Source of the DNA: Candidatus Undinarchaeota archaeon
Lineage (GTDB): Archaea > Undinarchaeota > Undinarchaeia > Undinarchaeales > UBA543
DNA: 36,881 nt
Reading direction: 5' to 3'
Assembly: GCA_964567575.1 (NCBI GenBank)
Contig: CAZMMZ010000004.1
Location: 27,931 to 64,811, forward strand
Shown: positions 27,890 through 36,400 of the stretch, piece by piece
Numbering within the stretch: position 1 is the stretch's first letter
Layout: each line of letters opens with the position of its first letter
Made by a program: the position numbers and the translations under genes
The notes under the pieces: generated by a model
What the model was told of the DNA's origin: nothing
Seen by the model: the letters and a program-made list of their open reading frames with translations, nothing else
Database searches by the model: none

Positions 27890-28030
27890 AGTAATTATCC
27901 TCCTAACCCAGAATTGGAGTTAGTATTTGGATATCAAATCAATCCCTTGGTGTGTATATAAAGTTATCGAATCCGTTCTCGCGCCAATACTTATATTAAG
28001 CAAAATAACATATGGAACTTGAGAGAGAAA

Positions 28031-28426
28031 ATGAAACAATTTAAAGTTATAGTAAAGAACAAAGCAGGTGAACTTGCCAAAGTTTGCGAGGCACTTGCAG
28101 AGAAGAGTGTGGATATTCGCGCTATTTCTACAGAAGCTATTAGCGAAACTGAAGGTTACATCAAAGTTATTCCAGATGATGATGTTAATGCAAAGCTTGC
28201 ATTAGATGCTGGCGGATTTGGATTTGAAACTTCTGATGTGCTTGTTGTTGATGTTCTTGACCAGCCAGGTAATGTTTCAAAAATAACTAGAAGAATTGCT
28301 GATACAGGAATTAATATTCAATCTTTCTATCTCCTTGACAAAGGTTTGTTTGCAATGGTTGTACCGCGGAATGATATTGCTAATGCAAAAGAAGCTTTAG
28401 AAGATCGAGTTGTTGAAAGCGAATAG
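28031..28426 (+). CDS. Tandem ACT-domain protein
   Basis: VKNKAGELAKVCEALAEKSVDIRAIS and VLDQPGNVSKITRRIADTGINIQSFY: two ACT repeats; start placed at ATG 28031. Confidence 0.85.
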   Translation: MKQFKVIVKNKAGELAKVCEALAEKSVDIRAISTEAISETEGYIKVIPDDDVNAKLALDAGGFGFETSDVLVVDVLDQPGNVSKITRRIADTGINIQSFYLLDKGLFAMVVPRNDIANAKEALEDRVVESE

Positions 28427-28446
28427 AAAAGAACCAATTTCAAATA

Positions 28447-28496
28447 AGGGCTTCGCGAAGCGAATGCCCTCGGCCATTGTCCGCGGCCAGGCGGAC
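28447..28496. other. GC-rich double-hairpin element between convergent genes (REP-like or bidirectional terminator)
   Basis: AGGGCTTCGC-GAA-GCGAA-T-GCCCT (28447-28470) and GTCCGC-GGCCAG-GCGGAC (28479-28496) in otherwise AT-rich DNA. Confidence 0.6.
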
Positions 28497-30137
28497 TTAC
28501 ATAAACGCTTCAGCATCTTTTGCTTTCTGATTTTTCCCACATTCTGAACAAAGTCCTGCATCTACAACAGGATTCTTTTTGCACTTAACGCATTTGCCTG
28601 CATTTGATGCAACCCAATCTTTCATCATTGGGAATTTTACAGGTAATGCAAAATTAAATGAGCCAGTGCTTACAAAAACTCCTTCACCTGGCTCGTAATA
28701 CGGAATCTTTTTCTCAAGCTCGCCAATGTATGGAGTTGTGTCGCATAATGCGCGCGCATCTTTTGGAATTAATTGCAGAGTTATTTTGTTGTGGATTTGT
28801 TTGAGCACTCGCTCATCAATTCCACTTGGATCTTGCTCAACAACAATTGTGAAGACTTTAAATTTCCGTCCTTCTTTTGCAATCTTTGCAATAATATTTC
28901 CTTTACTTGCTTCTTCAGATGAAAGATAATTATGCGCTTCCTCAACAAGAATTCCTGCGGGTTTGTATTTTTTCCATTCTGCTTTGTTATTGATGCACAT
29001 TCCTTTGTAATCTTTGAAAAGTTCATTTGCAATTAAAGATGTAATGAGTTTTGCAGTGTTGTTGCTAATGCTACTAACATCAATAACGTACCACAAACCG
29101 CGAGCAACACCCTCTTTTATTTCTTTGAGAATTGGAGTATATTCTCGGCCCCAAATTAAATCATCATCTTTGATAATACTGCGGAGTCGGCGCTTAACTG
29201 CATCCATAACTTTACGGCCTGCTGAATCACCATAATCAGATCCTAATTTTGGAAGGAATTTATCAGGATCTTCATTAATTATCATTTCAACCCAGTTTTT
29301 TGATCGTGAAAGTATCTGCGTGTCATCAGAAACCTCGCCTTTTTGTACTTTCCAAAAGTATGATCGGCATCGCCACATGAATGGCTTCTGCGTTTCTGGA
29401 TTAAAATTGCGAACCTCGCACAAATCATTCGGAGTTAGAAGTGCTAATGGAATTGAAAGTGATTGCGCGTTTTTGTCGCTGCGATCAGGATTGATTGTAA
29501 GATGTACTACTTTTGTCTGCGATGCTGAATTCAAAACTTTCAAACCTTCATAATATTCTCCATGCGGATCAATAATTACACCGCCGGCGAAACTGCCGTT
29601 TTCATCTCCTTTAATTGTTACACCGAGCAAGACTTTTGCTGCATTTGTTTTTCCAGAGCAGGTCCAACCAGATAAAAGCCAGTGAGTTATGTAAGAATCT
29701 TTTTTGAATCCGACTTTAGTATCAAGTTTCTGACTGCCAGATCGCACGTGAGCGAAATCAAGACGCGGAAGTCCAAGACGATCTTTTTCAAAATCAATGT
29801 CTTCTAATTCATAAACAGAATTGCCGTGACGAGGGATTGTTTTGTAACCAATAACTTTTGTATTATTCTTTTTGCGGTATTCCAGCAAAACAGATGCTTG
29901 CGCATAAAGAATGTATCGCTCTCCAAGATCATAAGCAAAGTCTTCGCGGTTCACCCGAGAACCAATATCAGAATCAATAGGACGCTCTTCAAGATTCGTT
30001 ACAAAAATATAGAATATCTTATCATCTGTTTCAACTTTGTAAAATCCTTCCTCTTCAACAATATTCTCATTCTCTACAAAAAAATACATTTTGCGTTTGT
30101 TTCCATCAAAGAAATCTACTGACCCTACTTTATTCAT
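28497..30137 (-). CDS. HerA/FtsK-clade (DUF87-type) ATPase with a C-terminal Zn ribbon; no adjacent NurA
   Basis: Walker A GWTCSGKT, IIDPHGEY, Walker B ILVEEAHNY, KEGRKF, EQDPS, HAS-barrel-like N-terminus, C-terminal CVKC-x10-CSEC; SD AAGGAG 7 nt before ATG 30137. Confidence 0.85.
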   Translation of the reverse strand: MNKVGSVDFFDGNKRKMYFFVENENIVEEEGFYKVETDDKIFYIFVTNLEERPIDSDIGSRVNREDFAYDLGERYILYAQASVLLEYRKKNNTKVIGYKTIPRHGNSVYELEDIDFEKDRLGLPRLDFAHVRSGSQKLDTKVGFKKDSYITHWLLSGWTCSGKTNAAKVLLGVTIKGDENGSFAGGVIIDPHGEYYEGLKVLNSASQTKVVHLTINPDRSDKNAQSLSIPLALLTPNDLCEVRNFNPETQKPFMWRCRSYFWKVQKGEVSDDTQILSRSKNWVEMIINEDPDKFLPKLGSDYGDSAGRKVMDAVKRRLRSIIKDDDLIWGREYTPILKEIKEGVARGLWYVIDVSSISNNTAKLITSLIANELFKDYKGMCINNKAEWKKYKPAGILVEEAHNYLSSEEASKGNIIAKIAKEGRKFKVFTIVVEQDPSGIDERVLKQIHNKITLQLIPKDARALCDTTPYIGELEKKIPYYEPGEGVFVSTGSFNFALPVKFPMMKDWVASNAGKCVKCKKNPVVDAGLCSECGKNQKAKDAEAFM

Positions 30138-30169
30138 CACTACTCTCCTTAAATCGAGTAAGAAGTCTT

Positions 30170-30191
30170 GGTTAATATAATTATCTTAACC
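30170..30191. promoter_or_regulatory. 22-bp near-perfect palindrome (candidate operator) in the divergent HerA/wHTH promoter
   Basis: GGTTAATATAATTATCTTAACC: 10 of 11 symmetric position pairs are complementary; overlaps the minus-strand TATA (TTATATTA). Confidence 0.65.
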
Positions 30192-30233
30192 TTATCCGAA
30201 ATTATTATAAACCATTAAGAATAAAACAGGATT

Positions 30234-31034
30234 ATGATGTTTGGATTTTTTGATGGTGATGATAAAGAAAGAGAAGATAAATTTTTCAAAGATATAATGG
30301 AGACACCAGAGTATAGAGAGATTTTCCAACTAGTTTTAGAGTATCCTGGTATAAGCACAGGAAATATTGCAAGAAGAACTGGAAAAAAGATGAAACTTGG
30401 AGGTAGAGTACGGAGACTAAACACTATAGGATATCTAAAAAAAGGTAGCACTGGAACTACAAATTTTGCAGTATGCATATTTCAAGGCCCAACACTTGAT
30501 CGAGAAAAAAATATGTCAAGAGTTTACAAGACTCTGAATTTTAGTCAAATTGCAGTAGACAAAATGTGGAAAGCAGAAGAGCTAATACCTTTTTTAAAAA
30601 AAATTAAGAAAAAGACTACAGCAGAGATTAAGAAGATGCTGAAAACCAAGAACACTGCAGTACACTCTCGCTTAGATGGCTTGGAAGACTGTGGAATATT
30701 ATCAAAAGAAAGAAAACTCGGAAAAGATGAATATACCTATGTTCCAAAATACATTAAGGAAATTGTAGCTTGGCATGATATAAGAGCAGAAAACCATCTC
30801 AAAACTACAATACAACGATTAGTAGGGAAAAAGATACCCATACAACAGATAGAAAAAAAAGCAAGAAGAGGAACGATTACTTATTATAGAATAACTATGA
30901 ACAGAAAAGAAAGAGGAAAACTGGCTGCAGGTGGAACACTAGACTTTTGCACAAACCCAATGAAACTATATTTACAAGGCGGATTGAAAAAACCAGAACA
31001 AATTGTAGAAAAAAAAGAGAAGAAAAAAGAATGA
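30234..31034 (+). CDS. Basic protein with two probable winged-HTH domains
   Basis: IFQLVLEYPGISTGNIARRTG...RVRRLNTIGYL and KTTAEIKKMLKTKNTAVHSRLDGLEDCGILSKER...YTY are wHTH-like; TATA about 22 nt upstream. Confidence 0.65.
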   Translation: MMFGFFDGDDKEREDKFFKDIMETPEYREIFQLVLEYPGISTGNIARRTGKKMKLGGRVRRLNTIGYLKKGSTGTTNFAVCIFQGPTLDREKNMSRVYKTLNFSQIAVDKMWKAEELIPFLKKIKKKTTAEIKKMLKTKNTAVHSRLDGLEDCGILSKERKLGKDEYTYVPKYIKEIVAWHDIRAENHLKTTIQRLVGKKIPIQQIEKKARRGTITYYRITMNRKERGKLAAGGTLDFCTNPMKLYLQGGLKKPEQIVEKKEKKKE

Positions 31035-32488
31035 CACTCCTAACAAAATCCAGATACATTGCAGGACTGCAATGTCCGCGTTTCTTATGGACCAAAGTTC
31101 ATGAAAAAGAAACTCTACCAGAACCGGACATAACAGCGCAAGCGCAATTTGATACTGGGGATGAAGTTGGAGAACTTGCAAAAAAAGTGTATCCTGATGG
31201 AGTGGATATTTCTTTTGATAGTTTTACAAAAAATCTTAAAGAAACAACAGAGTTGCTTGCAATTGGCGACAGCCCATTATTTGAACCTGGTGTAAAATTT
31301 GGAAACTTCTTTTCGCGCGCAGATATTCTTGTACCAGTTGGTGATGGATCTTGGGATATTGTTGAAGTTAAGAGCGGAACAAAAGTAAAAGAAATAAATC
31401 TTCATGATGTTTCATTTCAGAAGTATTGTTATACGGGCGCAGGCTTGCGAATAAACAAGTGTTATTTAATGCATATCAATAATGAATATATTCGCAACGG
31501 CGAATTGGATGTTAAAAAACTTTTTGCAAAAGATGATATTACTGAACAAGTTGATAAACTTCTTCCAGATGTTCCAGAAAAAGCAAAGGAATTACTTGAT
31601 GTTATGAATGCTTTCAAATATCCTAAAGCAATAATTGGAAAGCAATGTAGGAGTCCATACAAATGTCCAATTGAAGAGTGCTGGAATTTCCTCCCAGATA
31701 ATAATGTATTTCATTTGTATCGCGGTGGACAGAACACACTCAAGCTTTTCGAAAATGGAATCCATGCAATTTCAGATATTCCACCGGAATTCGCACTTTC
31801 AGAAAAACAAGACATTCAAAAACGCTGTGAGAAAGACGGTAAACCGTATATTGACAAACCAGAAATCAAAAAGTTCTTGGATTCACTTGAATATCCGCTT
31901 TATTATTTGGATTTCGAAACTTTCAGAACCGCAGTTCCAATGTTTGACAACACAAAACCGTATCAACAGCTCCCATTCCAATTCTCATTGCACATTCAAC
32001 AAGAATCAGGAGAAGTTGAACACAAATCATTCCTCTATAATGGGAAAGGAGACCCACGCCGAGAATTTGCAGATGCTTTGAAGAATGCAATTGGAGAATC
32101 TGGAACAATTGTTGCATATAATGAATCATTTGAAAAAGCGCGGATAAATGAACTTGCAGAACTTTTCCCAGAATTCAAAAAATGGAATGAATCAGTGCAA
32201 AAAAGATTTGTTGATTTAATAATTCCGTTCAGAAATTTTTATTATTATAATCCTTTGCAAAAAGGTAGTGCGTCATTGAAAAAAACTATGCCGGCGCTTA
32301 CCGGTAAAGGATACGACGGCCTTGATATTGCAGATGGTGAAACTGCGAGTGTAAAATTTTTAAATGTTACATATCGCGGAGCAGATGAAGAAAAAAAGAA
32401 AAAAGTTCGCGAAGATTTGGAAAAATATTGTGGACTTGATACAGAAGGAATGATTTGGATTGTAAATAAATTAAAAGAGCTTGTCTAG
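31031..32488 (+). CDS. DUF2779-type protein: Cas4/RecB-like PD-(D/E)xK nuclease with a 4-Cys cluster, fused to an RNase H-like (DEDD) domain
   Basis: LTKSRYIAGLQCPRFLW, RADIL...IVEVKS...DVSFQKY, C-x5-C-x4-C, YYLDFET, QQLPFQFSLH, AYNESFE, SLKK, YCGLDT. Start at ATG 31031 (ATGA overlap with the wHTH stop). Confidence 0.85.
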   Translation: MTLLTKSRYIAGLQCPRFLWTKVHEKETLPEPDITAQAQFDTGDEVGELAKKVYPDGVDISFDSFTKNLKETTELLAIGDSPLFEPGVKFGNFFSRADILVPVGDGSWDIVEVKSGTKVKEINLHDVSFQKYCYTGAGLRINKCYLMHINNEYIRNGELDVKKLFAKDDITEQVDKLLPDVPEKAKELLDVMNAFKYPKAIIGKQCRSPYKCPIEECWNFLPDNNVFHLYRGGQNTLKLFENGIHAISDIPPEFALSEKQDIQKRCEKDGKPYIDKPEIKKFLDSLEYPLYYLDFETFRTAVPMFDNTKPYQQLPFQFSLHIQQESGEVEHKSFLYNGKGDPRREFADALKNAIGESGTIVAYNESFEKARINELAELFPEFKKWNESVQKRFVDLIIPFRNFYYYNPLQKGSASLKKTMPALTGKGYDGLDIADGETASVKFLNVTYRGADEEKKKKVREDLEKYCGLDTEGMIWIVNKLKELV

Positions 32489-32529
32489 AACCACAATATA
32501 TTTTATACACTTGTTTCTAACAATAGTCT

Positions 32530-33312
32530 ATGGAAATTTCTACTGCTAAAATTGAAAAAATAGCAAATCTTTACAATCAGCCAACGCGCTATTGCTATGA
32601 ACTCAGGAAACTTGGGAAAAATATGGTTACAGAAGCAGAACGCAAGCAAATTCTCACATTTATTCCAACAAATTTAGAATTTATGGGCTTGAAAATGGAT
32701 GTTCTGAAAAAAATCGCTAAAAAAACTACAATAAACTGCAAAGATGATGTAAATGAATGCTTCACACTCCTAAAAACGCTATGGAGCGACGCTACAAGAG
32801 AAGGCCGTCAAATCGCTGCAGAAGTATTAGCTTTACTTTCAAAAAAATATCCTGAACAATGTTTCGAATTTATACAAGATAGATTGCACCATATTGGCGA
32901 TTGGGAACTTTGCGATAGATTAGCATGCATGAGTATGAAGCAATTAATAAAAAATGACTATGAAAAATATAAAAAACTCATACCAATATGGATACAGAGC
33001 GAAAATCTGTGGGTAAGGCGATTCGGAACTGTTTGTTTAGTAACAATTTCGCACTTGAAACACCCAGATACTACTTACATTCTCAAAAGTTTGGATCGTG
33101 TAATGGACGATAGTGAATATTATGTAAAAAAATCAGTTGGATGGGTACTTCGTGAAGTTACAAAATACTATGATCCTGATATTGCATACAGATTTATGCG
33201 AAAATATGCCAAATCAGACAATAAAGACACCAAATGGATTGTACGAGATGGCTCAGAAAAGCTTGATGCGAAATTAAGAGAGAAAATCTTAGGAATTTTG
33301 AAAAGCAACTAG
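32530..33312 (+). CDS. DNA alkylation repair protein (AlkD-like HEAT-repeat family)
   Basis: IGDWELCDRL, WIQSENLWVRRFG, DDSEYYVKKSVGWVLRE motifs. Confidence 0.85.
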   Translation: MEISTAKIEKIANLYNQPTRYCYELRKLGKNMVTEAERKQILTFIPTNLEFMGLKMDVLKKIAKKTTINCKDDVNECFTLLKTLWSDATREGRQIAAEVLALLSKKYPEQCFEFIQDRLHHIGDWELCDRLACMSMKQLIKNDYEKYKKLIPIWIQSENLWVRRFGTVCLVTISHLKHPDTTYILKSLDRVMDDSEYYVKKSVGWVLREVTKYYDPDIAYRFMRKYAKSDNKDTKWIVRDGSEKLDAKLREKILGILKSN

Positions 33313-33317
33313 CATAA

Positions 33318-33417
33318 ATGACATATGTCCAGAAAGGGGTGACATATCTACCTTTTACACTACATTTTTTAGAGGAAAAGCTAATCTATTTAAACCCTTC
33401 AATCCATTTACACTACA
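33318..33417. promoter_or_regulatory. Repeat-rich promoter region of the giant surface-protein gene
   Basis: Palindrome GACATATGTC (33320-33329); TGACATAT direct repeat (33319, 33340; 21 nt apart); TTTACACTACA direct repeat (33354, 33407) flanking TTTAAA. Confidence 0.5.
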
Positions 33418-33429
33418 GGATTACGCGCA

Positions 33430-36400
33430 ATGGTTTACAAGCGTTACAAATATTACAAGGGCAAAAAACTCGGCCCATATTACTACAAGAGTGTCCGCCA
33501 GCCAGACGGGACTGTAAAAGCTGTTTACCTGGGTACAAAACACCCAAACAAATCAAAACCAATTCTTGAAAAGATTAGTTCAATTAAAGCTCCGCAATTA
33601 TTTAGTAAAATTCCAGTAAGATATGTTGTTGTATTATTATTAGCAACAGTTATTGTAGGAGGATTCTTGATATTCACAGGTCCAGTAGGGCCACTCGCTA
33701 CTGGTTTCGCCACATTACCATCAGGACCAGGTGGTTGTGCAAACTTGACAGTCTTAAATGAGACAAATATCAGTACAAGCCTAACACTTTGTGCAGGCAC
33801 ATATTATATGAACGATTCACTAGGTGACGGTGCATTACCTGAAAACAATGGAACACTAATAATAGATGCAGATAGTATTGAACTTGATTGTAATGGAGCT
33901 ATAATAATAGGAGATGGACAAGGATATGGAATTTTCATGGAAAATCGAACAGGTGTTACTATTAGAAATTGTGTTTTGCAAGGTTATGATAGGGCAATTA
34001 ATGTGTATAACACAAACAACAGCCAGATTGTAGATAATGAAATAGATGGAAGCGTTGTTGCTGGATCAGTTAATGGAATTTATGTCAGAACATCAACAGA
34101 CCTGAACATATCGAACAACAGTGTGCACGATACAATAGGAGATGGAATAACAATGATTGGGCTATTAGGAGGAATGAAACCAAATAGTGATAACACATTT
34201 TATAACAATTCATTGTATGATTCAATAGGGGGAGACGGACTAGACCTAACTGTAAATGAAAACAGCACGATTTATAATAATTTGATTTACTCAAATGGTC
34301 AGGATGGGATAGCTGCAACTAGCGGGTATAATCACAGCATATACAATAACACAATATATGAAAACACGCAATACGGAATAAGCGTAGCAGAATCAAATAT
34401 AACCATATTTGGAAATAATATTTCTGACAACACAGACAGTGGCATATACATAACAAATAGCAACAACACGATTTATAATAACACACTCACATCAAACGAT
34501 GAAGGAATATATGTAATAAATACAAACCTCATAGAAATTTATAATAATACAATTACTGGAGGAAGTTCAGAAAGTGTTTTCTTGTCAAACGCAGATAATT
34601 GTAATGTTTCAAATAACACACTTTTGAATGGAACATATGGTGTTCGTATGGATGTTGGATCCAATAACAACAATATTATTTCAAATAACGCATCTGGAGC
34701 ATCAGCTATAGGAATCGAAGTACAAGACACAGGGAATTTAATCTATAACAATTACATATCTGAAAACTTAGCAAATGTATTTGATGGTGCTGCTGGAAAT
34801 AATTGGACAAAAGAAAACACAACAGGGACAAATATAATTGGCGGAAGTATTATTGCAGGAAATTATTATAGTAATTATTCTGGAAAAGACATAGATGGCG
34901 ATTATATTGGAGACACTGCTTATGTTGTAGAGGGACAAGGTTTAACAGACGCATACCCACTTTGGTATCCTACACCAGTAATAACAGCAACATTGATTTA
35001 TCCACCACCAACTGCAACACTTTATAATATAACACAGAATTTACCATTCAATTACACATTAAATGTTTCATGTACAAACGCAAACTGTGGAAATATAAAT
35101 GTCAGTCTGGATCCAATAGGTGGTGGAGGCTCGTTCGCCCTTGACTTTATAGAATTAAATTGGTTGGAGACAATTGCAACAAGATTCTACACGAACAATA
35201 GTGTTGGAACATTCACATTCGATTCAAACGTGTTCACAGACGACAGCGCGAATGCAATAGGAGCTGGAGATATGGACAATGACGGAGATCTTGACATTGT
35301 AATAGGAAGAGATAATGCAGTTGACTGGACTTATTTGAATAATGGATCAGGAACATTTACATTAAATGCAACCGGCACATTAGCAGAACAAACAACTGAT
35401 ATTGCTTTCGCAGACTTGAATGATGACGGAACATTAGATTATGTTTCAGCAGGTTATGGCGCCATGAATAGGGTATTCATTAATAATGGGAAAGGTACTT
35501 TCGTGCTCACATCAAATACAACAGAAGCAAATCCAACATATGAAATTGCACTAGGAGACTTTGACAATGATGGAGATATGGACTTACTAGAAGGAAATAA
35601 CAATGACACTGATAATCCAGGACAGAATAAAATTTACATGAATGATGGAACAGGAACATTCACACTCTTCTGGAACAGCACAGAAGACGATGACACCTGG
35701 GCAGTTGGGGTTGCAGACCTTGACAATGATGGTGACATTGATTTCATAGCAGGAAATTACAATCGATCAACAGAGCCAGGAAATAACAGAGTTTACTTGA
35801 ACAATGGATCAGGAAGCTTTACTACTGGATGGAATAGCACAGAAGACGATGAAACAAATGCAATTGGACTTGGGGACTTTAATGACGACGGATTTATTGA
35901 CTTCGTAGCAGGCAACTGGGATGGGCCATCAGACAGTCCAAGTAGAGTTTATTTAAATAACGGAGACGCAACTTTCTATCCAGCATGGAACAGCTCGGAG
36001 ACTGATGCTGTTACTGAGGTAAAAGTAGGAGACCTTAATGATGATGGATATCTTGACTTTTTGATAGGAATCGCATCCAATGTAACACGAGCATACATGA
36101 ACAGCGGAACAGGAATGGAATGGAATGTAACATGGAATTCATCATACAAAAATAAAACAAAATCAATTGTGCTTGGGGACTTTACAGGAGATGGAGATGC
36201 TATAGAAACCAATTGTTCTGACGGTCTTGATAATGATCTTGACGGTTGGATAGACAACCAGGACCCTAACTGTAAAGCACTTATCTCAACAACTGAAGAT
36301 GCTTATCCATTCTGGACAAACAAATCAAGCAATCCATTCACAGTAGATCTTGATAAAGGTGAAAGTCAGAATGTTACTTTCTGGATCACTCCAACTGGAG

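Noticed and set aside
30170-30191. The palindrome resembles an archaeal dif site (…ATAA/TTAT…)
   Set aside because: There is no 6-bp central spacer between the arms, so it cannot be a tyrosine-recombinase core; kept as an operator candidate.
30947-31030. N-terminal extension of DUF2779 given by the ORF track
   Set aside because: It overlaps the wHTH gene in another frame; the family's conserved start (LTKSRY...GLQCP) begins at ATG 31031 with an ATGA overlap.
33318-33569. 83-aa ORF 33318..33569 and the minus-strand ORFs in 33525..36610
   Set aside because: They overlap the promoter or the continuous 33430-36881 reading frame, which has clear domain content.
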